Origin: Octopus bimaculoides
Lineage: Eukaryota
Length of the DNA stretch: 64,000 nt
Direction of reading: 5' to 3'
Assembly (NCBI RefSeq): GCF_001194135.2
Contig: NC_068983.1
Coordinates: 105,571,610 to 105,635,609 of the forward strand
Under the pieces are notes generated by a model. That model worked only from the letters and a program-made list of their open reading frames with translations. It ran no database searches and was not told where the DNA came from. Shown here in pieces: positions 28,661 to 40,074 of this stretch. The translations under genes were made by a program, and so were the position numbers. Positions within the stretch are counted from its first letter, which is position 1. Each line of letters starts with the position of its first letter.

Positions 28661-28860
28661 ATAATACTGTAAATAGAATTATAATCCTTCACTGTATATT
28701 GACTATAGAAAATAATCTAATATTAGGACTTATAATCCCATGTAACAGAAGAAAGAATGGGCATTAGCATGTGTACTAATGCTTATTATTCCCTATTATA
28801 GGGACTTATGTACCCTGATATTAGACTATTTTCTATAATCAATATATGATGAAGGCTTAT

Positions 28861-29437
28861 AGTTTCATTTAATGTCCATTTTCCATGTTGGCATAAGTTG
28901 AATAATTTGACAGGAGCTGGCAAGGACAAGAGCTGGACCAGGTTCCGTAGTCTGTATTAGCTTGGTTTCTACAGCTGGGTGCCCTTCCTAAGAATTACTT
29001 TACAGGGTGTACTGGGTGCTTTTTACATGGCACCAGTGATTTTTACGTCACTCCAGCACCAGTGCTTTTTACATGGCACCGGCACCAGTGCTTTTTATGT
29101 GGAAGAAGTGCTTTTTGTGTGACACCAGCACTAGTGCTTTTTACATGGCACCAGTACTAATGGTGTTAGGGGATGAAATGTGAGTGGGGGAGAATGTTGA
29201 AAGGGCAGATCCCCTCATGGACAAACGTTATCAAGGTGGTTTTAGGATATCAATTCTGTTGTGGTGGGTGCATCTTCTTGAGTACAGCAATGTGTCACAT
29301 ATCTCAGTCCTTTGTCATCTCCTTCATAAGGCTCAATGTTTTGAGATCAGCCTTCAATACTTCACCCCATGTCTTCCCGGGTCTCCCTCTTCCCCAACTT
29401 CCATCCACTTTAAGTGATCATCACTTTTTTATGCAAC
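28861..29437 (-). mobile_element. Older RTE 3' end with short internal tandem repeats
   Basis: RTE-like tail (GTTTCTACAGCTGGGTGCCCTTCCTAA), repeated GTGCTTTTTACATGGCACCAG units at about 28995-29160, and GGTCTCCCTCTTCC (reverse of GRGRP codons). Confidence 0.75.
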
Positions 29438-30780
29438 TCATCATCATCATCATCATCATTGTTTAATGTTTGTTTTCCATGCAGGCATGGGTTGGACGGT
29501 TTGACTGAGGACTGGCACGCCAGGAGGCCGCACCAGGCTCCAATCTGATCTGGCAATATTTCTACAGCTGGATGCTCTTCCTAACGCAAACCACTCTGAG
29601 AGGAGTGTAGTGGGTGCTTTTTACATACCACCGGTACAGGAGCGAGTCAGGCTGCACTGGCATCGGCCATGTTTGGATGGTGCTTTTTACATGCTACCAG
29701 CACAGGGTCTGATTGGAGCGAGGAGGGGGGGAGCTGGCATTGACCCTGTTTGGATGATGCTTTTTACGTGCCACCGGCACAGGGACCCAGTCAGGCGGCA
29801 CTGGCAACGACCTATGTATGAATGGTGTTTATTGCATGCCACCAGCACAGGAGCCAGTCAGGCAGCACTGGCAACGGCCACCACTACAATTCCCATTCTT
29901 GATTGTGATTTGATTTTTGATTTTACTTGACTCAGTAGGTCTCCTCAAGCATGGTATGTTGCCCAATGATTCAAAGGTACTTTTAAATGGGCTGGTTATG
30001 CAACACTGGTATACGGCTGTGATCTCACTTTACTTGCCAGGTCTTCTCAATCACAGCATATCTCCAGAGATCTCGGTCTCTTGTCATTGCCTCTGTGAGG
30101 CTCAACGTTCAAAAGTCATGCTTCACCATCTCATCCCATGTCTTCTTGGGTCTCCCTCTTCCACGAGCTCCTTCCACTGTTAGGGAGTGACACTTCGCAG
30201 CACATGACCATACCAGTGCAGTCGTCTCTTTTGCACACCACATCTGATGCTTCTTATGTCCAACATTTCTCTCAGGATGCTTACACTCTGTTGTGTGTGC
30301 ACACTGACATTACACATCCAGTGGATCATATCAGCTTAATTTCTTTCAAGCCTACACATGTCTTCAGCATTCACTGCTCATGTTTCACTGCTGTGTAGCA
30401 TGGCAATTCGCATACATGCATCATACAGTCTACCTTTCACTCTGATCGAGAGGCCCTTTGTCACCAGTAGAGGTAGGAGCTTTCTGAACTTTGGCCAGGT
30501 TATTCTTATTCTAGTGGCAACACTCTTTGAGCATCCACCCCCACTATAGACTTGGTCACCTATGTAGCAGAAGCTATCAGCTACTTCTAGTTTCTCCCCC
30601 TGGCATGTGATGTAATCCGTTTTCTGAGCATCCACAGTGTTTATTGCCCCTGTGCATCTGCTTCACACAAAAGCTATCATCCCAGTTAACCTTCCTTTGA
30701 TGTTGCTGCACCTCTTATGTGTCCATAGCTTACACTGGGTACATCTTATGGAGTTTCTACCCACACCTTTTCTACAGATC
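29438..30780 (-). mobile_element. Second 5'-truncated RTE copy of the same family as 26250-28660
   Basis: (CAT)n tail at 29438-29459, 3'UTR repeats, and ORF MDAQKTDYITCQGEKLEVADSFCYIG...LHSSET. It is truncated inside the PHD-finger segment. Confidence 0.9.
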
Positions 30781-31054
30781 AAAATATCAATCACCACTGT
30801 TTTCTAATTCACGCAAAATTCACACATGTTTACTTAATATAACACTGCTCAAAAGTTAATATCAAATGTTAAATTGTGTTGATATTGGTATAATTATTTT
30901 TAATTAACAACTAAAGTATGAGTCTGCCACTTCATCTTTTGGTGTTAAATTTCTCTATGTATGTATTTGTTTTTATTAATTTATCCAAGCTGCCATTGTT
31001 TTTTAATAATGAAACCTTTTGAAATTACCTAATACAGCAATATTGTTTTTACAG

Positions 31055-31151
31055 GCTACTCTGTGTGCTTTTCGCATAATCAGAAAAGTACCAGATCTTA
31101 TGGAAATGTTCATTCCAGCAACTAGGTCTTTGCTCAATGAAAAAAACCATG
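31055..31151 (+). CDS. AP1G1: AP-1 gamma exon ([33 protein letters not shown])
   Basis: Acceptor TTTTTACAG at 31054, donor ATG|GTAAGT at 31152, 97 nt, phase 0 to 1. Confidence 0.97.
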
Positions 31152-32737
31152 GTAAGTTGCTTTCTAAAATGCATACTCTTAGCCCAGAAGTACTTTACAT
31201 TTAATTCTGTTAATTATTTATGTATTTGTGAGAGTGATAATGAGAAAAATATGTGCTTATTGGAATGAATGAAATAATATTTCAGATATTCATCTCCATG
31301 TGCTGGAGATATGCTAAAACATTATGTTACTTAATTCAGGATATTGTTGTTGTTTTTAAAGTAAAAGAAACACAGCCGTAATTAAGGTTATGTTCACTAA
31401 CTGTAAATTTCTCTATTAAGGAAACTAGGCTAAAGGTGGGATGTGACTAAATATTATTACTTACCAGTTGATTTATGAATTTCCTTTTGCTTCATGATGA
31501 TTTGGATGTGACAATAAAAACACCAATCTTCATATCATGTTGCTTTATTCACTTCTTTAGTTATTAACTTCCTTAATATGCTGTGACTAATATAAAACAA
31601 TATAAAATCTAAAGTTTAAAATATTGAAATCAAGGTGACACTTGTATATGTGCAAAATGTATTTGCAAATTTTTTTTGCAGTGTGTTCTTTAAAATTTCA
31701 TTTGTTAGTCTTTGGGTTATTGTATGTAAATTAATGTTCTGTCCTGTTTTACTAAAGAATTTCCCAAGTTACACCTTTTGAATATGACTATGTTCTTCTA
31801 ACAATTGGTGTTATCTACCTTGGTTTTTTATGATATGTAGGTGATCATTTTTCTTCAGTCAAACCATCAACAGGTAAGGGAGTTGTAATGAGAAATAATA
31901 CAATATAAGTATATAATTGTTGCTCACTCAACCAAGCACATCTATGATTTTGTTCATAGTTAATTATTCTGTCAGTGCATTGTTCTCTTTTGACACAATC
32001 AACATTTGATTCACTTTCACACACACACGTGTCTGTTACTAACTGTGGTTAAAGAAATATGTTGTCAACTAGCCTTGACACTGCTATTAGCTATTCACCT
32101 TCTTGTTTTAGTTTTTAATAAACATTACTGTTCAGTGCTGTTAAATTTTCACTTAAGTACAGTATTTATATGAGGGGACAAGTAAAATATTTCATAGTTG
32201 AACTAAAAACTTCGTCAGTTTTTTTGCTTGTTTCTTTCTTTCTTTCTTTTTGTGTGGATAAGAAAAGTTACTGAAATTGTTCTTTCATCAGCCTGGAATT
32301 TATTAAAACTGTCATCTACAGTAGGCCTGTCTTATTGCAGATAAAATTTAGTTGACAGTTTTCTAGGTCAGTTATATACTACAAAGAGAATTTGTTTTTT
32401 GTATGATTACCATAGATATTTTTAGCTTTTATCTTTCACATATATACCTTTGATTTAGAAACATTCTTAACCTTCATTTGAGGTCTCTATATGATTAGCT
32501 TCATTGCTTGCATTTATGTTTCTGTATTCTACAGTATTTTTTTAAAAATAAAAATCTAGTAATCCTCAATCATTTTCCAGTTCCCAAGCTTTATATACAT
32601 ATAATCATAGGTTGAGTTTAAATTCAGTATTTTTATCCCTAATATAGGATTTCAATGCTTTTAACTTCTTGTTCCACAGTCCCATTCATTGATATCTGTA
32701 ATCTTAAATTCTGAAAAGACTTTGGTAATAACTAGTA

Positions 32738-32856
32738 GGCACAAGCATGGCTGCATGGTTGAGAAGTTTGCTTCCAAAGTAAGGGTCTTCTATCTTGGGT
32801 TCACCAAAGCCTTGTGAGTTAAGAAATTTGGTAGATGGAAACTGTAAGGAAGCCCA
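32738..32856 (+). mobile_element. Internally deleted SINE (6699 family)
   Basis: GCATGGCTGCATGGTTGAGAAG head followed by CCAAAGCCTTGTGAG...TTTGGTAGATGGAAACTG. Confidence 0.65.
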
Positions 32857-33283
32857 TTTAAGGAATCGTTCCTAATCTTAGGTTGTGAACTTAATATGTA
32901 ACCTGATTTTACATTACTTTCTGGTACTTGGGTACCTTTAGCTGAGTCTGTTGCAAGCATTCAAGCAAGATCTCTGATCTAAGGATAACTTCTCCATTCC
33001 CTTTTACCAGTCATAGGGGCTTCCCTTTCTTCTCTAACTGATTCATTAAAAAAAATAACTCTTATAAATTTTAGCTTAGTGTATGGACAGATTCATATTC
33101 GATTGATATATTAAATCTTTTTCATAGTTTTTAAGGATTTGTATGCAAAGCAAAAGTACCTCATTGCTTTGTGCAACTCTTTCTGGGACTGACTTTGCTC
33201 ATCCCATCCACCTATTTATTATGAAATAATTATCAACAATATACTGATGGCTTTGTGCTAATAATAATTACAACTATGATACT

Positions 33284-33511
33284 TTAACCCTTTAGTATTT
33301 AAATTGGTCATATCCAGCCCAAATATTCGACCTGTTTTGTGTTCAGACCAGACAGATCTGGCTTCTCACATATACCGTACAATGACAGTCGAAAAATAAA
33401 CAATCACATCATTAATATCTTGAAGCTATGAGATAATGTCCAATTAATTCAAAACAATGTGAATAAATAAGCATTACATTTGACAGAGTAATCTGAATGC
33501 TAAAGGGTTAA
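33284..33511. mobile_element. piggyBac-type MITE (220 bp between TTAA sites)
   Basis: TTAA-CCCTTTAGTATT ... AATGCTAAAGGG-TTAA, with an 11/12 TIR match, CCC/GGG termini and a TTAA target. Confidence 0.88.
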
Positions 33512-33835
33512 TGGTTAATTAAATGCAATTGTATCTTTCTACATAATAAAAAAGATTATATAGAAATTGAGAAGTACTTTAAGAATTCATGTTTATATAT
33601 AATAACAGATTATATACATCATGGGTCAGACAGAATTTATTGAAGCAAATTTTCTACAATCAGATGCCTTTCCTGTCATCAACCCTTACTTGTTTCCAAA
33701 CAGGAAATATTTCTCATGGCCAGCCATATTATTCACAGAAAACTGGAAATGAATGACATTACTTGTATAACAAGGCTGTTCATTTACAACCATCATGTGA
33801 TGTCAAGACAAGGGTATATAAATGCATACATAACA

Positions 33836-33990
33836 GGCTTCTTTCAGTTTCTATCTACAAATCCATTCACAAGGCTTTAGTTAGTCTGGGGCTATAGTTG
33901 ATGACACCTGCCCAAGGTGCCATGCAGTATGACTGAACTTCAAGACCACCTGGTCAGAAAGCAAGCTTCTCAACCTCACAGCTACATCTG
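33836..33990 (-). mobile_element. Partial SINE (6699 family)
   Basis: GGCTTCTTTCAGTTTCTATCTAC...CCCAAGGTGCCATGCAG matches 50685-50780. Confidence 0.8.
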
Positions 33991-36310
33991 TACCTATAAT
34001 ATATGTTCCTTAGTATAAATGCTAATGTAATTGTCTGTTAAAATAATTCTTTAAAATTACTCCAGTTCTTGTCAAATGATATAGAAAGTAAATCTTATTA
34101 AGTGAAACAGTCAACAGCTTCAAATGCTAAAGTGTTACTCACAAAAAGAAGTATATTTACAAAGATCAACTAAAATATCTTCTAATTTCTCTGAAATTTC
34201 AGATATTTCAACTGATATAATTTCTTTTTATTCTAATATCAAAATATCCATGCTAATCTTGATTAATTGCTCTTAATTAACTTAGGTTTCAACAAAATTC
34301 TATCATATAATTTTGCCTCAACTTTCATTCTTGCTTGTTTAATTCTATCTAAATTTACAAATTCTTTTAAGTAATTTAAGCTACTTTGTTATACAAATAT
34401 TTCCTATGTATCATCTTTACTTTTGTTCTTGAAGAAAATTTTAAAGCCATATTGATTTTTTTTTTCCCCTTATTGAATTGACTAAGACTTAAATAATGAA
34501 TGTTTACCCATACCAAAAACTGAATACTGGTTCAGTATCAATGATATTAATTCATGATAGGCTTAATGAATAAGCACATTGCCATCACCCCACCCAAACG
34601 GATTGCTGTGAGTGAGTGATTCACTTTGTAACAGTTACTGGACTGTGCAGAGCTGGTTAGAACTCCTGTTAAATTAGGAAAACATTTGCTTTACATAATA
34701 TAACCATTGTATGGTAGCAAATAATTACCAAAAATAAAAGTTATTAGTTTTTAATATAGCTTTGTAAAATTCGGGCAGATTGCCACAAGTACAACTGTCA
34801 CTTCCTGATTTTCCAAAACCTGCTGATAAAAGACATAAAAAAAGGATTACTAACATCATGTGTGCCTTCAGTTGCTTTGTGGAAAGATAAAACAAGACTA
34901 ATTGAATCTATTCTTTAAAAAATAGTGTTTTCCTTTCTGATAAACATTACACATTAGAATTTCCTTTCAACATTTGCCTTTTGATTTATTATTTGAAGTC
35001 ATTTATTTATAAAGCTGCTCTCAGTGCTAGTTTAAGCTTGGCTTAACAGCAGGAAAGAATTACTTCGTAGTTACTGTATCAAAATGGTGCAAGTTGCTAC
35101 ATTAAAGCAAACATTGAACTTTACAGTTATGATGATTGCTAATTTATGTGTAATATTATTCTTAATAAAAGATAATAGGTTCTCTTATAACAATTTGCTG
35201 TTGGATTATAGTTAATCTGTTGCAGAGCTGATAATATTTGTAGAGCTAACTACCTGAGTTTGAACTAATTTTATTACAGAATTTTTTTATTTTTTTTTTC
35301 TTTTGAAAATTAGTATTCTACATATTTTTAAAAGAATTAGCTTTTATAAATGATAAGCTTACTTATTAATCAAAGAATCTAAACATTGGATCAGATTGTC
35401 ATACAAAATAATCTGAATTATTCAACTCAAATGTGATGTCATAGTGATGTCCTTAATTTCTAAATAATTTGGCAATTAGATTTCTTTATGATTGCATATT
35501 GAGTATTTTAAATATTTAAAAATGTAAAGTAAACAATATAATCCTTTGTTTTTGCCCGTTTGTCACCTAAATTATACTATTCACAGGTGAAAATGTTTTG
35601 AAAACATTTCAAATATTTTGAAAAGTATATTTCTTTAAAAGAATATTTTTATTAAGTGCCTAGATATAACAGAATCATTGCTGTTATCATACAAAAATGG
35701 TTTTGTTTTAGTTATAATTAAATCATATTTAGTAGATAGCTAAGTGTAGGGAAATGGAGTGACAGTAATGATAGTGCCAGACTAAATTTTTTTGTGTGTC
35801 TAGTTGTATTCACATTATCATTTTGAGGTCAACAAAATAAGTACCAGTTGAGTATTTAAGGCAATTCTATTAACTACACCCTTTACCAAAATGCACATTT
35901 TTGTACTAAAGTTAGAAATCAATAAGGAATAGAAGACTTCTTAGACAATCACTGAGTTCATTAATGTTGTCATAGCAAAGCAGTTACATACTTCAATGGC
36001 CATCATAAATTTCATTTTTACATAAGCTAAATTCTTTTTACTATGTATAAACAGCAGTCTTGCAGATTTTGAAAGAAAAGTACTCAATCAAGAACATTAA
36101 CCATTTGAAACAGGGGCTGTGTTATTCAATTATTATTAAACCATTTGTAAAAAGGAAAGGCAACTGGAACAAAATAAGTTGCTTTTTAAATAAGTTGTTA
36201 ATTTTTCCTTGTATACTTGTTTATTGAAGAAAAAAAACAGTCCGTTTGTGCCTTGGCTAAATGAAACATTAGCCAATTTTTGAAATGGCACGTATGCTTT
36301 CTTTTTCCAG

Positions 36311-36391
36311 GATTGCCAGGTCATCCAGGTGAAGGATATATCCCATGCAACAGACATGCTGGGCGATGGGCTAGGACTGTGTCTCCAAACG
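36311..36391 (+). CDS. Candidate alternative cassette exon of AP1G1 (18-nt or 81-nt form)
   Basis: Acceptor TGCTTTCTTTTTCCAG, GC-rich island, open in the required phase 1. Frame-preserving donors occur after 18 nt (CAG|GTGAAG) and 81 nt (ACG|GCATGT, a GC donor). No transcript evidence. Confidence 0.4.
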
Positions 36392-39300
36392 GCATGTGCT
36401 ACACATGTGTTTTGTCTGTAGAAGCCTTAGTGTCTGCACTCCAACTACTACTATTCTTAACATCCCTGCATTAGAATATGATCATATCTAGTGTATTTTA
36501 GAAACACATTTCCTGCTGCACCTTTTATCCATTTAGATTATTATTGTGGATTGTAAACATTTTCTTCTTCATAATGTTCCAAAATGCTTCACTGCTATCT
36601 AAAGTACACTCTATACATTCACTATCACCTTTTTCAGTCAAAGTTTCAGGCAACAGATAGGCTTATTGCCAATCATCTTCAGTTTTAGCAATCTCTAGAT
36701 TTATTTTAAGTATAAGTGTGTCATCTACTCTGGTATTTAAATGAAAGGTAACAGTAAAGTAACATTGCTAGTTTTTGAACTCAAAACACTGAGAATCTGT
36801 TTTGTTAAATATTTTCTTAAATCTGTTACTCAGCCAATGACTTGCACTGATCTTTGATATCTGATTTTTTAGTTAAAGATCAGTAAAATGTCTTATTGAA
36901 GGTAAAAATTTGCAAACCTTGTGCAATAAGTTTCACATTATGTTGAATAGTTATAAAGTAATGAAAGTTTTCTGGTTGGAAATTTGTTGTAAAGAGGGTT
37001 ATAAAGAAAAGTTTTTTTCATTAAGAACAATTATTTTTTAAATTCTTTTACTGAGATGTTAAAATTTTATGACTAGTTTGTATGTGAAATGTTCAAAATA
37101 TACTGATAGAATTGGTGTAAAAATTTAGTCTTTTATTTCTATGAATAAAACACTTCTATTAAATAGCAAATGGATTCAGTATGAAATGATTTTATCTGTA
37201 GGATTCTAGTTAGTGAGGGAAGCATTAATAAAGATATGATAGAACAAATGTGTTGGCCAACTTAATATTCATTGAAATATTTGAATTTTATGTTTTAGTA
37301 TCATATAGATTTAGGCAAGAAGCATTATAATCAACTAGAAGCTCTATGAACTAAAAATTTTGTATAAGCATTTATGTTTAGTGTCTTATCTACTTAGCTA
37401 TTCATTCATTCATGATGCTGATGATGAAAGAGATAAGAACTAAGGCTTTAGCCAGAGTGAAGTTTTAACAGCTTAGATAAAACCCCTGAGGATGGTTAAT
37501 TCCAGAAAATGTTTTTCCATTACTAATAGGTGAGAAATTTAGGATGTAAATGGGATTTGTTCAGACTATGAAAGAAAATGAGACAACAGTTCACCTTCTG
37601 TAGTCTAGATGTAAAATATTTACTAAAAATGAGTATTTTAAGAGATGGTATAACAATTTATTGACAGCTTTAGCAATAACTTCACCAAAACAAAAAGGAT
37701 TAGTGGTATAAAGTCAGAGAAACTGTACTAGAGAATAAGGAAAAGAAACTGTATTTGTAGTGTTAGACTACATGTGTAAGTCTACCATTGAGAGATTTCA
37801 GGTTTGATTTTAGAAAATAAGCACCAAAAGTTGATCTGTCTCAGTGGGTAAAACAAGAGCAATTGAAAACATCCCAACTGCTAGTCTTTGAAATGTATGA
37901 AAGGAGAATGTGATATAATATTAAGATTTGAGGAATGACTGAAGTTCAAAGATATGAGAGAAAGTCTATTAAAAAAAGAAAGCATTTGAGGAAGTATGTA
38001 TGCAAAATGCCAGTGAATTGTGTGAAGTGAAACAATATTTAGAAAAGTAGTTTGGAGTTTTTCAGACTGAACTTATAATATGTTTGATGTCTTCTAGCTC
38101 AATCTTAGGCTATTACTAGAAATAATGATAATTATTTCTTATATACATCAATGTTTCCTGATTATGAAGAGGAGAATTGGAAGATCGTGGTATATATGCC
38201 CTTCTACAAACATTCCCTTTTAAAAGTTTCAAATGAGAAATCAAATTTATGTTGCAGTGCAAATTATCAATATCCATAATAACTTATATTCATCTTTATT
38301 TGACTAGCTGTAAAGCCCATTTTGGGAATGATTGTATAGTTAATTGAAATTCTTCTTTATGGTAATGGTATTTATTTCATGGGCCCAGTAGAAGGAAGAC
38401 TTAGCTCTAGCAACACAATTTTCAGATAGTGTAAAGGCAATAATTCTAATTGACTTCAGTCTAACAATGTAATTAATGAACATGAGTGTTTAGATTCATA
38501 TATTTTTGTATGTATGTAACAGTTCGCCTTTGGAAATATTGCCTATTTTGAAAGTATGGCATGTTTTAAGCAACAAGAATAAATAACACAACTCATTTCC
38601 TTTTGAATTAATATTTACAGCTTTATATTTCATTTAATCTGAAGAATTTATTCCTCGTATATAATTTCACAGTTTTGAAGCTTTTACTGGGTCTTAAAAA
38701 TCTGTGATTAATTTGAATGGAAGAACCAATTTAATCACAATTTATAAATAAGGGATTTATTTTTGGCATGTAGTGTACATAGTGTACTTCTCACTGGTTT
38801 AAGTGTGCTGTTCAGTGATATAGATATCAAGTATTCAACATAGAGTGCATGGTTAATTACCCTATCATTTACTGTGAAATTACTTCACTTAGATGAGCAA
38901 AAACATAGAAATGATTCTGTGGATAAGTAACAAAATTTCAAAAGATAGAATAAATGGAAAAGGGAGATTAAATTAGAATGGTATATAACAAATAAGGAAG
39001 AAAATACCCAAAAATAATATTAATAGGTTTAGAGATGGTAAACTAGATAAAAAAAGTTTTCTGAATACAGTATTACAAGTAAATTAGAAATAGCTACTGA
39101 TTGATCCCAAAGATAAAAATACATCTGTAAGTAGCTAAGAGAAGATAAAGTAGATGATTAGTGCTAAAGAAAAAGCTAGCTCAATAGCTTAAGAGCATTG
39201 ACATAAAAAAAATTTCTAAATGCAACAAAAGATGTAGATGAGAATTAAATCCAAAGAGAATGCTTCATGCAGGATAATCCATTTAATATAATGAAATCAT

Positions 39301-39652
39301 TTAGTTTCATAAAAAAAAAAATCCTGGTATTATGATGATTGAAATCAAGCTGTTGATGATCCTTCCTTTTTCTTCTTAAAATAAATCTGTATACTTAACC
39401 TATAGAAGCATGAAAAATAACAGTATTAGAATAAGGCTGATGCAATCAGTATATAAATGTAGCCACCTATCACTGCTTACAGTTACAATAAATTCAGTAA
39501 TGTAATTTTTGTAGTGTTTTAACTATATTAAACCAGTTATATCATTCTGGTACAGTAAGTTATCTCATATGTTAGAACATTGAAACTAATTATTCAAAAA
39601 TTTACTGAAACTTCTGCTTCCAATTTCATTACTTTTTTTTTTTATTTTGTAG

Positions 39653-39661
39653 GTTCAAAAA
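39653..39661 (+). CDS. Candidate 9-nt microexon of AP1G1 (GTTCAAAAA)
   Basis: Long polypyrimidine tract ending TGTAG, donor AAA|GTTAGT, frame-preserving in the phase-1 intron (H-G-S-K-S-V). Confidence 0.3.
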
Positions 39662-40074
39662 GTTAGTTTTGTTTCATTACTTCATTAAAATTAGAATAAG
39701 TCAAAACAACAAGAGAGCTCCATATAGTTGCATGACCTGCCGAGAATAATTTCCAATTCTTCCTTAAAGGATATTGTAGATAATGTAGCCAGAGATAAAA
39801 AAAAAAAAAAAATGGAATGGTTACAGCTGGTACATGTTTCATCATAGGTTTTTTCAATCAAGACAGACCTGGGGCTTAACAATTATTCAAATAAATATTC
39901 AAAGAAAAGATAATTTATATCCATCCATCGCTCTCTCCCAAAATGTTTTACTACTAACATAAGTTAGCTGGTTCTGCAAATTCAGATATTCTAGATGTTT
40001 GAATCAAATTGTTTTAAAATAAATATTCTCCCTTATACCAATTATCATCATCTTTTTACATTTTTTCCCCAAAG

